From the IMG/VR virus record IMGVR_UViG_3300032245_001714: a DNA stretch of 64,000 bases; one strand, given 5' to 3'. Position 1 is the first letter of the stretch. The number at the start of each line of letters is the position of its first letter. A model generated the notes under the pieces. That model saw nothing but the letters and a program-made list of their open reading frames with translations. It ran no database searches and had not been told where the DNA came from. Source of the stretch: a virus. Taxonomy: Duplodnaviria > Heunggongvirae > Uroviricota > Caudoviricetes. The position numbers and the translations under genes were made by a program. Positions 56,355 through 64,000 of this stretch are shown piece after piece.

Positions 56355-56366
56355 ATCTATTTAGTT

Positions 56367-56651
56367 TTAAAATCTTTTAGAGAGTTCTATAATATATTCC
56401 TCCTGTTCTTTAGTTAGCTTCCATCCGTTTCCGAATAATTTTTGGAGAGCTTTATTGAAATCGTCATTGCTTTCATCCAATGTTCTTCTCTCTTCTAATT
56501 TAGATGCTTTAACCTCTCCATCGTCCGTGATGAAGCAGCTCTTGGAAATATACCCGGACTCTTGCATAGATTTAAAAAATTCTTTCCTGTCGTATCTTCC
56601 CATGTCGGAAATAATATCGTCTATATCGATATCAACGCTAATGTAACTCAT
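56367..56651 (-). CDS. hypothetical acidic protein (94 aa)
   Basis: ORF track entry. Confidence 0.45.
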   Translation of the reverse strand: MSYISVDIDIDDIISDMGRYDRKEFFKSMQESGYISKSCFITDDGEVKASKLEERRTLDESNDDFNKALQKLFGNGWKLTKEQEEYIIELSKRF

Positions 56652-56683
56652 AGTTTATTTTTTTTATCGTTCTTTAGTAAGTG

Positions 56684-56893
56684 TTAAATCAGTATTATGA
56701 ACAAACCCACGCTAATAGCAATTGCGATTGAAGCTGCTTTAATGTTTAATATTGCATTTTCATAGCGTCGAATCTCGCTGGCCTCGATAAGCTTGTCTTG
56801 TAAACCTAATAAAATGATAGACAATATGCTCTTTGATTTATTCATAATATTTAGTTTTAGCAGCTGAGATGGGAATTGAACCCACATTTTCAC
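56684..56893 (-). CDS. small protein with a C-terminal TM segment (69 aa)
   Basis: ORF track entry. Confidence 0.35.
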   Translation of the reverse strand: MKMWVQFPSQLLKLNIMNKSKSILSIILLGLQDKLIEASEIRRYENAILNIKAASIAIAISVGLFIILI

Positions 56894-57016
56894 AATATCA
56901 CATAAGTAAGTATGTTACCCAGCTTTATAAAGAATCTAATTACTTTTATACTTTTGAGTTGCAAATATATGAACATACTTCGAATAAAAAAAAATAATAT
57001 CGGATAATATTTTTAG

Positions 57017-57113
57017 TAGTCAGGGTCGGATTCGAACCGAGTACCGTTCAAGACGGATTAAGCAACCATTTAACTGGATTCGGGAACCATCCCCTCATTA
57101 CGCCCACCTGACT
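57017..57113 (-). tRNA. tRNA-like gene E1, atypical (97 nt)
   Basis: Reverse complement: AGTCAGG-TG-GGCG... with T arm TCGG-TTCGAAT-CCGA, acceptor CCCTGACT and discriminator A. A second degenerate T-arm-like motif lies inside. Adjacent upstream is a further fragment with CGG-TTCGAGT-CCG. Confidence 0.4.
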
Positions 57114-57183
57114 CGGACTCGAACCGTTGAAAACACCACCTTTCGGTGCAACAAAACCCTGACCCCAGAGTTGTTATTGTCAG

Positions 57184-57290
57184 TAGCCAGGACAGGATTC
57201 GAACCTGTGAGCCCTCGTGTATGGGTATCATACATACCACACCCAAGGACTTTATGTATGCTCAGCGTTAAGCCACTCCGCCACCTGACT
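57184..57290 (-). tRNA. tRNA-like gene E2, atypical (107 nt)
   Basis: Reverse complement: AGTCAGG-TG-GCGGAGTGGCTTAACGC (Leu/Ser-type D arm), a 47-nt internally paired insert, T arm ACAGG-TTCGAAT-CCTGT, acceptor CCTGGCT, discriminator A. Confidence 0.5.
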
Positions 57291-57506
57291 ATGTTACCCC
57301 ACCTTGAGATTACTGGTGAGTAGATATATCGGTTTTCTTTCTTTCAATAAACCTGTGGGTCTTATCCTCTTAAAATTAGTCAAACTACTTGGAGCCTCTG
57401 TTACCTAGCTTTAACCCAAAGAGACTGGCGTTTAAGGATGTCCAGTCCAATACCCTACCCATTGTTTAAGTCTTGGATTAAAGACTCTGAGTACCTCTTA
57501 CTCATT

Positions 57507-57621
57507 GTAGTCAGGACCCGATTCGAACGGGTACGATGTACTTCTCTTACATCTCGGAATTAATGGCCTCACGAATTACTTCGTTAGCTTACTTGTTGCG
57601 TCTACCCTTCCGCCACCTGAC
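57507..57621 (-). tRNA. tRNA-like gene E3, atypical (115 nt)
   Basis: Reverse complement: AGTCAGG-TG-GCGGAAGGGTAGACGC (tRNA-Leu-like D arm), about 60 nt with two hairpins, T arm ACCCG-TTCGAAT-CGGGT, acceptor CCTGACT, discriminator A. Confidence 0.5.
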
Positions 57622-57627
57622 TATTTT

Positions 57628-57697
57628 TAAAAACAGACCTTAAAAGACGTATTATTCTTCTCATTATCCTTCTAGATGGGAAGCGTGGGTCTGTTTT
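57628..57697. terminator. long inverted repeat (11-bp stem AAAAACAGACC/GGGTCTGTTTTT) between tRNA-like genes; bidirectional terminator or processing hairpin
   Basis: Seen directly in the sequence. Confidence 0.4.
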
Positions 57698-57721
57698 TAG
57701 TATTATTCAAAGAACTTTTTG

Positions 57722-57814
57722 TAGTCAGGACAGGATTCGAACCTGTGACCTTTGTCTTTTGGTTCCGCCGTAAGCGGATTACTCACCAACACGCTACCAT
57801 TGCGCCACCTGACT
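57722..57814 (-). tRNA. tRNA-like gene E4, atypical (93 nt)
   Basis: Reverse complement: AGTCAGG-TG-GCGC-AATGGTA-GCGT; stem TTGGT/ACCAA encloses 21 nt containing a TCCGC-TTACG-GCGGA hairpin; T arm ACAGG-TTCGAAT-CCTGT; acceptor CCTGACT; discriminator A. Confidence 0.5.
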
Positions 57815-58055
57815 ATTTTATAATCTTATATTCTTCGGTTTTACCTACCCATCCACACCAACAGCTATTCTCATATCTATAAGAAAAAACGTGGCCATTA
57901 CTACACTCTCCTATCGTTGTTCTTGAATTATCATCGTGGTGATGTTGTCTACCTTCTTCATCGTAGTACGTTGCATACCCCATAAGTGTTGTCATAACAC
58001 CTTCAGTTTGTACTTGAGATTTTGATCCTTGTTCTTTACATGCTGGGCATATCAT
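57813..58055 (-). CDS. Cys-rich zinc-ribbon protein (80 aa)
   Basis: CPAC...C..C...C.C pattern. Confidence 0.45.
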   Translation of the reverse strand: MICPACKEQGSKSQVQTEGVMTTLMGYATYYDEEGRQHHHDDNSRTTIGECSNGHVFSYRYENSCWCGWVGKTEEYKIIK

Positions 58056-58110
58056 AATAAAAAATATTTTATCCGATTTTTATACTTATTTGGAGTTGAA
58101 TGTTTCAAAA

Positions 58111-59568
58111 TTAAAACCTTTTTAGAACATATACTTTTCTACTTGCTCTAGTGTATGCAGTGTACTTAATTCGATTTCTCTCAACGATATCCCAATTCAT
58201 GTCGATATCATCTTCAAGTACAAATGTTGTGTTATATGTACTTCCTTGCGATTTGTGGGCGGTTATGCAATAACCATAATTCACATCAGCATATTTTCTA
58301 AGGAAATTGTAGTATATGATCCAACTTTTATTCTTGCCTTTCTTCTCGATAGCTCTTAGTTTAAAAATGTTTGCTAACTTCTTAAATTCTCCCTCGCTAT
58401 CTTCATGAAGGATCTCTATGTTAATCTTTATCTTATCGTCTTCGTCATCTATATACGAAACTACTGCGTCGTAGTATTTGAGAGTTACTGCTAAAGGATC
58501 TGCGTCGGGGTGATCTGACACCTGATAGCGTAGATCGTCGCTCTTGATTGTAAAGCTTTCCACTGTAAACTCCTCGTTGGTGTTCAGAACTACGGTCTCG
58601 CCTTGAATAATCGGACTGTTAGCAATTAGCTTCTCGCCAACCAATATCTTAGAGCCCAAAGCCTCGTCTCCGTAGATAACTCTACGGATAACGTCATTCA
58701 TTGTTGCAACAGTTTTATTTCTCCATGCAATGATCTTGGCGTACTCTGAATCTTTTTTGAAATCCTCGGTCACGAAATACTCCTTCAGTCTTTCTGAAAA
58801 TCCTCTTCTTATCTCCGGATCATTAAGATTCAAAAATTCTATGCCTTCGCCATTAGGATTTAGTTTAGTAACAGGTTCAACCGGATTTTTAGATCCTCCC
58901 AAATCAGATCGGATAGCAACAGAGGATTCTATGATAGCATTACCCTCCTTCTGTCTCATGATCCGTTTAAGATCGAGTGTCTTGATTCTGTATGCTGAGG
59001 CTAATTCCTCCCTAAATGGAATGCAATCAGGTCTTCCGACAGGAGGTATTTGTGCTGGATCACCCATGCAGATGATCTTGATCTTTCCCCTATATTTTAG
59101 GATCTCGTGAAAAAGGTCATCATTTAACATTGACACCTCATCTATAATGAGAAGCTTGATTGAATTGATCTGAGGTTTGAAGTCCCCTTGATTCACAAAT
59201 TCCTGCTTTCCATCGCTGGTGATCTTCTCTGTTAACCCTAGCAATTTGTGTATTGTTTGGAATGTAACCCTGCCGTTCTTAAGACCACTAGTTTTCTTAA
59301 TCACTCTTACTGATTTATTAGTCGGTCCAGTAACTGCTATTTTGTACCAATTATGTGTGGGATGGATAGAATCTAGAACATATCTAACTAAAACGCTTAC
59401 ACAGTAGGTTTTACCTGTTCCTGCCCAACCTTTGAGAACGTAAACGCTATCATCTAATGGATCACAAACAAATCCCACTAACTCATCAAAGGCTTTCCTC
59501 TGATCAGAGTTAAGTGACTCTAAGTCTATTATGGGTTTCTTCTTTTTAGCTTTACTCATTAAGGGCAA
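58111..59568 (-). CDS. SF1B helicase (T4 Dda / RecD / Pif1-like)
   Basis: Walker A GWAGTGKTY; motif II LIIDEVSM; a C-terminal RecD-like domain. Confidence 0.7.
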   Translation of the reverse strand: MPLMSKAKKKKPIIDLESLNSDQRKAFDELVGFVCDPLDDSVYVLKGWAGTGKTYCVSVLVRYVLDSIHPTHNWYKIAVTGPTNKSVRVIKKTSGLKNGRVTFQTIHKLLGLTEKITSDGKQEFVNQGDFKPQINSIKLLIIDEVSMLNDDLFHEILKYRGKIKIICMGDPAQIPPVGRPDCIPFREELASAYRIKTLDLKRIMRQKEGNAIIESSVAIRSDLGGSKNPVEPVTKLNPNGEGIEFLNLNDPEIRRGFSERLKEYFVTEDFKKDSEYAKIIAWRNKTVATMNDVIRRVIYGDEALGSKILVGEKLIANSPIIQGETVVLNTNEEFTVESFTIKSDDLRYQVSDHPDADPLAVTLKYYDAVVSYIDDEDDKIKINIEILHEDSEGEFKKLANIFKLRAIEKKGKNKSWIIYYNFLRKYADVNYGYCITAHKSQGSTYNTTFVLEDDIDMNWDIVERNRIKYTAYTRASRKVYVLKRF

Positions 59569-60188
59569 TATAAAATTGTTGGGTTATCTTTATGTACGTC
59601 AATCTGAGGATAAACCTCTCTGAATTTTTTAAGATTAAAAGGCCTGCTTATTACATGAATTCCGTTTTTTGTTACTAACGTGTAAATGGTATCGTCCTTT
59701 CCGGTTTCAAAAACAAGCTCTTGTATTTTAGCTATGATCTTGTTGAGGTATAAATCGGGGTCCTTTCCTTGTGGGACATCTTTCCAATCCACATCAACTA
59801 TCCAGGTCTTATCTGGATCTGAGTGATATTCACCAGTACAAGACGCAAATGCGTTCTTTACAGCTCGATAATTCTCTGAAGTGATATAGTCCACAGTTCT
59901 CTTCAAAACCTGCATAGCTACCTTCCTAGCATCCCTAACGTTCAATCTAAAGTAAGCTCTTGCGTTCTCAGAGTTACATTGATCTATAATCCTTTGCTTT
60001 AGCCCATCAAATTGTTCAAGACTATAAATGTAGTAATCCGCAATATGAACCATGTCCTTACCCAGATCTGGATTATCCTTTCTCCTTTTTAAAATCTGGA
60101 GAAAGTAGAACGAGTTCTCATTGGGAAATTTAAGAAGAGACCTTATGTTATCGAAATTATTCACCATAGCCCCAAATGTAGAAAACAC
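59559..60188 (-). CDS. hypothetical protein (209 aa)
   Basis: ORF track entry. Confidence 0.5.
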   Translation of the reverse strand: MFSTFGAMVNNFDNIRSLLKFPNENSFYFLQILKRRKDNPDLGKDMVHIADYYIYSLEQFDGLKQRIIDQCNSENARAYFRLNVRDARKVAMQVLKRTVDYITSENYRAVKNAFASCTGEYHSDPDKTWIVDVDWKDVPQGKDPDLYLNKIIAKIQELVFETGKDDTIYTLVTKNGIHVISRPFNLKKFREVYPQIDVHKDNPTILYCP

Positions 60189-60209
60189 ATTCGGAATAAA
60201 AAAATAAAA

Positions 60210-61001
60210 CTAGAGGTATTTTGAAGCGTATTTATGGATGCACTCTAACGGGAATTGCTGAGCGTTATCTCTAATGTAGTTGTAGTAAGGTTTGTAGACA
60301 TTGTCTAGGTTAAACCCTAACTCCAGTGGTCTTTTAGCGTAATCAGTGGATGCTCTTTTATGGTTTTCAAAATTGCTTGGATTGTTGATGTCTCCTGATT
60401 GTTTATGCCCAGCAACCTCGTGGGGATCGCTCCAATTGAAACAGTATGATGGAACGTAGTCCCTATTATGTTCATCTAGATTTCTCTCGTCTCTAAGTTT
60501 TGTGTACCAGCTCAGACCTTCGTACCCTGTTAAATCAGATCTAAATCCTATCTCTCTGATTCTTTCCATCTTAACTATAACCGAAGCCTCTAAAGTATTC
60601 TGACACATCTCAATCTTTCCAGGAGCTGCAAAAAAGCTAGCTGCAGGTTTCCAAGCATCTTTGCCATTTGAGAGTATACCATCGACAGCTTGCTGAATAT
60701 GCCAAGGAAGATATATGTCATCATCATCTGCTAGCATAAAGTAATCGCCAGTCGCATGGGTAACAGCATCTCTGCATATCTGCCCTCTGTTCTCGTACGG
60801 TTTACCCGTTTGATAATCTGTACCATTATTAACCACTATAATTGAGGAGTCCTCAAATCCTAATGAATATGGAAAATCAACATCAGTGTTGAATATAATT
60901 AACTCCTTATTCGCATAAGTTTGTGCGTGATACTGAGTAACTATTCTCTCTACGCATGTGAATCTTCTGTATGTTGTGCAAACAAAGCTTACTTTTTTCA
61001 T
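60210..61001 (-). CDS. GT2-like glycosyltransferase
   Basis: N-terminus VSFVCTTYRR, compared with the GT2 pattern IPTYNR; DDDD region. Confidence 0.45.
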   Translation of the reverse strand: MKKVSFVCTTYRRFTCVERIVTQYHAQTYANKELIIFNTDVDFPYSLGFEDSSIIVVNNGTDYQTGKPYENRGQICRDAVTHATGDYFMLADDDDIYLPWHIQQAVDGILSNGKDAWKPAASFFAAPGKIEMCQNTLEASVIVKMERIREIGFRSDLTGYEGLSWYTKLRDERNLDEHNRDYVPSYCFNWSDPHEVAGHKQSGDINNPSNFENHKRASTDYAKRPLELGFNLDNVYKPYYNYIRDNAQQFPLECIHKYASKYL

Positions 61002-61011
61002 AATTTTTAAA

Positions 61012-62031
61012 TTACCAAATTCCTCCCTCCATAAATTCCCTTATTATTGGATTCTCTAGCGGAATGTTATTGTTATCTATTTGATTTTTAATTTTTTCTC
61101 TTGTGTCTATTTTACTACTTCCCCCATTATCAAGCAAACACGATTCGTCCTTTCCGGTATAAAGAATTCTATCCTGCGGAATACCCTCGTTGATTATATC
61201 AGCAAATCTGAACTCTGTGTCTCCAGCTTGAGGGTTTACCCATTTTCTCCATCCTGCTTTTTGGAGCACTTGACCTAATGTATTTGGTCTGCATCCAAAA
61301 ACTCTGGTTGAATATTCTCCATGCCCGAAGTGGCTTCTATGAAAGGTTAAAACGTCTTTATCCTTCAGGGTTTTATCCAGATCTGAAAGTATATCTTCAC
61401 TCAGTATAGAAACCCCTGTCAATTTTATACAATAATTTTCTTGAGCTTCATTGCTTCCTATCAATGATGCCTGAGCAAGCCCTATAGTGATTAAAGATGC
61501 GTCTCCTTGTGCTTTCTCCAGTCTTGGGGATACTTGTATTACCTTGTAGCTTATTATATTAGGTAGAAGCCTAAGATATTCGTCGAATAAATTCAAGTCC
61601 GAGCAATAGCTTTCCTCTGTGATGTGATTGTATGGTTCTTTATTGTGCATAACAAGTGCATCACCAACAGATAATCCTGGAGTTGAAGAGTCTGCTATTA
61701 TCAGATGGAATTTATCCTTTATGATATATGAGTTTATCGTTATTGCTAGTATAGTCTGTTTTATTCTATTACAACTAGTAACCAGAAGGATTTTATTATT
61801 TTCTAAAGCCTCTTGTTCTGGTATCTCTAATCTAGATCCTTCATAAGCAAAAGATTCATGCAGTTTTCCGTTTAGCTCATACCTTACAACTAGTTTCTTT
61901 ACCTTGAATTGAGCAGGATCACCAAATACATCATTAGAAGCTAAGACTTCTAAGGTGTTCTGCTGAATCAGTGATTTAACTTTATCAGTAACGTCTAATT
62001 TATCATAAAAAGCTGATAAAATTTTTAACAT
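61012..62031 (-). CDS. hypothetical protein (339 aa)
   Basis: ORF track entry. Confidence 0.5.
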   Translation of the reverse strand: MLKILSAFYDKLDVTDKVKSLIQQNTLEVLASNDVFGDPAQFKVKKLVVRYELNGKLHESFAYEGSRLEIPEQEALENNKILLVTSCNRIKQTILAITINSYIIKDKFHLIIADSSTPGLSVGDALVMHNKEPYNHITEESYCSDLNLFDEYLRLLPNIISYKVIQVSPRLEKAQGDASLITIGLAQASLIGSNEAQENYCIKLTGVSILSEDILSDLDKTLKDKDVLTFHRSHFGHGEYSTRVFGCRPNTLGQVLQKAGWRKWVNPQAGDTEFRFADIINEGIPQDRILYTGKDESCLLDNGGSSKIDTREKIKNQIDNNNIPLENPIIREFMEGGIW

Positions 62032-62741
62032 TATTTGTAATTTAATTTATATAGTGTGTCACAGTAGTTTATGTCCCCGTCCTCAAAATACTTTTTGTGT
62101 TTAGAATCCCAAGAGTGTAGGGCAAAGTGTTCGAAATATTTACTAAACTCTCTGTTTATATGTAGATATTTTATATTGTCATCACCCCACTTATTTAATA
62201 ACTGCGAACCGATAGTTATACACTTTTCAGTAAGTACTGGCCAGTATTCGCTCTCCGGTAAATCTTCAACGTTGTAGTATTCCCTAATCCCTTTATTAAA
62301 CCAGTAAGGAAAAAAATGATCTCCCAATTTAGAATCCAACATTAATCTATACAGATGAGCTATATAAGAATTTCTTCTAGAACATCCAAAAAATCCATTT
62401 GGTACGTTGAATTCATCATGGTGGGCTAAGAATCCGTTATATCTTTCCAGCTCCAATTCGTTTAATGAATAGTTCGGACGACAATCTAAGTCTATATAAA
62501 GACCTCCGTATTCATAAACCAAAAATATTCTTAGGACATCTGCAACAAAAGCGTAATCTTTTTTATCTCTGAAATAGTTACACAGCTCTTGTATTTTTTC
62601 CGGTAATTCGGGGAGATTAGAATCTGTCCAAAGAATATGTTTAAAATCTGGATTTAATTCTTTATTCCTCTCTAAGAAATACTTTTCCTTATCGGGTATT
62701 TCATAAGGACCAACCCATATTTGATGCAAGATTTTTTCCAT
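62031..62741 (-). CDS. DXD-motif glycosyltransferase (Gly_transf_sug-like)
   Basis: ILHQIWVGPYEIP N-terminal signature and YIDLDCRP DXD motif. Confidence 0.6.
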   Translation of the reverse strand: MEKILHQIWVGPYEIPDKEKYFLERNKELNPDFKHILWTDSNLPELPEKIQELCNYFRDKKDYAFVADVLRIFLVYEYGGLYIDLDCRPNYSLNELELERYNGFLAHHDEFNVPNGFFGCSRRNSYIAHLYRLMLDSKLGDHFFPYWFNKGIREYYNVEDLPESEYWPVLTEKCITIGSQLLNKWGDDNIKYLHINREFSKYFEHFALHSWDSKHKKYFEDGDINYCDTLYKLNYK

Positions 62742-62845
62742 TCAACAAATTGACATCTATTTTATTATATACCCACTAAAAAATTCCCAGATTTTCGAGA
62801 ATATCCCGGGATTCTCCTTTATATTTGTTTCTTTTTTAGATTTAT

Positions 62846-63379
62846 ATGGAAGAAATATCACAGGAGCTAATATTGGGGTGCATGATTAAAGATCCTAAAT
62901 CCCAGAGGAAGATTTACGAAACTCTCAAGCCCAAGATCATGGCCTACTTGAGAAAATATATTGAATCAAAAGAGGACAGGGAAGAGATAGTAAACATAGC
63001 ATTTACTAAAGCCTTTATAAAAATAGATCTCTACAGCGGTAAAGGCCGATTTGATGGATGGATATCAGTTATAGCAAAAAGAACTGCTTATGATCATCTA
63101 AGAAGCAAAATAAAAAGAAGAGAAAAAATCAACATTGTTTCTATCCCTGAGACGTATGATGCACCTGATGAATCACAAGTTCCTGAATCTAAAGATGTTT
63201 TGAACATGCTCCATAAATCCCTTGAAAAAGTGAGTGAGGTCCAAAGAAAAGCTTTTAACCTTTTCCTCGACGGATATACACATAAAGAGATTGGTGACTC
63301 CTTGGGGATTTCAGAGGGCACCTCAAAATGGCACATATATGATGTTAAGAAAAAAATCTCAGGGAAGCTAAGGACATAA
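62846..63379 (+). CDS. sigma-70-family RNA polymerase sigma factor (ECF-like, regions 2 and 4)
   Basis: Region 2 ...GWISVIAKRTAYDHLR; region 4 SEVQRKAFNLFLDGYTHKEIGDSLGISEGTSKWHIYDVKKKI. Confidence 0.7.
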   Translation: MEEISQELILGCMIKDPKSQRKIYETLKPKIMAYLRKYIESKEDREEIVNIAFTKAFIKIDLYSGKGRFDGWISVIAKRTAYDHLRSKIKRREKINIVSIPETYDAPDESQVPESKDVLNMLHKSLEKVSEVQRKAFNLFLDGYTHKEIGDSLGISEGTSKWHIYDVKKKISGKLRT

Positions 63380-63429
63380 AAAAATTCCAGCAATTAGCTG
63401 GAATTTTAAATTATGGATATTTCTGTAGA

Positions 63430-63987
63430 TTAAGCTTTTGAAGTAGACTTAGCTTCTTTAGAAACTGATTTAATTGTTTGGTTTGCTGCGGTAGCAATTG
63501 CAGCCAAATTCTTAATGGAAGTTGAAGCGTCTCCCGTCATGAAAGTTGCAGGATTCTTCTTAGAATCGTCTAGAAGTTTTTGTAACGTCTTAGTCCAAAC
63601 GTTTCCTACTTTTTGAAGATCTGGGTTTTCTGAAACCGCAGAAGAAAGCTGAGTCTTATCAATTCCCTCTCCTGGTTTAAGTTTAATTTTACTTAGAATT
63701 CCACCTATACCTTGAGTTAGCAATCCTGCTATAGGTCCAAGAGGACCAGCTAGACTTAGACCTAATGTTTTAACTATGGTTCCGAAATTGTTTTTAGCAA
63801 ACCCTAAAGCTTTGTTACCAACTTTTTTAAGAAATTCTTTAAATTTACCCTCGTCCAAACGATCTATTTCATCTAAAGATCCTTCAAAGTATTCCTCGTT
63901 TAGATTTTGATCTTCCTGAAATTCTATACCTTCTTCTAAGCAGATTTGTTCGAATGAACTTAGACCTTTACCTTCAGACTCGTCCAA
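63430..63987 (-). CDS. hypothetical protein (185 aa)
   Basis: ORF track entry. Confidence 0.45.
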   Translation of the reverse strand: MDESEGKGLSSFEQICLEEGIEFQEDQNLNEEYFEGSLDEIDRLDEGKFKEFLKKVGNKALGFAKNNFGTIVKTLGLSLAGPLGPIAGLLTQGIGGILSKIKLKPGEGIDKTQLSSAVSENPDLQKVGNVWTKTLQKLLDDSKKNPATFMTGDASTSIKNLAAIATAANQTIKSVSKEAKSTSKA

Positions 63988-64000
63988 AGTGTAATCGATC

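Noticed and set aside
56895-56990. Possible additional tRNA on the minus strand (TGGG-TTCAATT-CCCA T-arm-like motif)
   Set aside because: No complementary 5' acceptor strand could be found; probably a degenerate fragment.
1-64000. Eukaryotic giant-virus origin, suggested by A-rich pre-ATG context, the zincless Nei and possible tRNA introns
   Set aside because: SmpB, ClpP, the T9SS sorting domain, lipoprotein lipoboxes, the sigma-70-family factor, rho-independent terminators and the HNH/NUMOD3 endonuclease all point to a bacterial host.
1-64000. Alternative genetic code with stop-codon reassignment, as in Lak or crAss-like phages
   Set aside because: Conserved enzymes (GalE, ClpP, GMPR, MoxR, helicase) are full-length and colinear with homologs under the standard code, with no in-frame TAG or TGA interruptions noticed.
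1-64000. CRISPR array or prophage integrase and att sites
   Set aside because: No regularly spaced repeat-spacer structure and no tyrosine or serine recombinase were seen. The repeats present are coding tandem repeats or the dispersed GC-rich element.

Overview
The window looks like a gene-dense segment of a large virulent phage, T4-like in gene repertoire and possibly a jumbo myovirus. The host is probably a Bacteroidota bacterium, because one secreted beta-helix protein carries a T9SS-type C-terminal sorting domain and no Shine-Dalgarno sequences are evident. I did not interpret it as ordinary chromosome because roughly 110 mostly short ORFs sit on both strands with almost no spacers, and the standard genetic code gives intact ORFs. 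T4-like hallmarks are an Rnl1-like RNA ligase, a polynucleotide-kinase-like P-loop kinase, a metallophosphoesterase, a Dda-like SF1B helicase, a freestanding HNH/NUMOD3 homing endonuclease, a tRNA-like gene cluster and a phage-type sigma factor. Five features stand out. (1) At least 20 otherwise unrelated proteins begin with the same ~12-residue motif, M-K-x-I-K-x-[FY]-x-x-F-x-E, which resembles the T4 capsid-targeting sequence of internal/ejected proteins; carriers include a CHAP peptidase, two lytic transglycosylases and several HExxH proteins. (2) Nine paralogs of a 21-aa LRR-like repeat family (GDFxCxxNxLTSLxGAPxTVx) share a C-terminal domain ending -DLGF, with tandem DNA-level repeats inside the genes. 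(3) The decamer GATATATAGG sits 1-8 nt upstream of many start codons, suggesting a phage promoter driving leaderless or near-leaderless mRNAs. (4) Five tRNA-like genes of 93-115 nt share an essentially identical acceptor stem and a canonical T arm but have non-canonical anticodon domains; an SmpB homolog is encoded elsewhere in the window with no tmRNA. (5) An RNA-repair cassette reads kinase, FkbM-family methyltransferase, phosphoesterase, RNA ligase, which parallels bacterial Pnkp/Hen1. Further observations: a second RNA ligase of the DRB0094 type, a MoxR ATPase / split DUF2201-like metallopeptidase / VWA trio, a zincless Fpg/Nei glycosylase, ClpP, an M28 peptidase, a TerC-family membrane protein, UDP-glucose 4-epimerase (GalE), a GMP reductase/IMPDH-family protein and several glycosyltransferases. 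The first ~4.2 kb is markedly GC-richer than the rest yet uses the same promoter motif and N-terminal tag, and it contains a gene-free region with a GA polypurine tract, a ~10-bp periodic repeat array and a dispersed 45-nt GC-rich repeat. All calls rest on reading the six-frame translations and the nucleotide sequence by eye; no searches were run.
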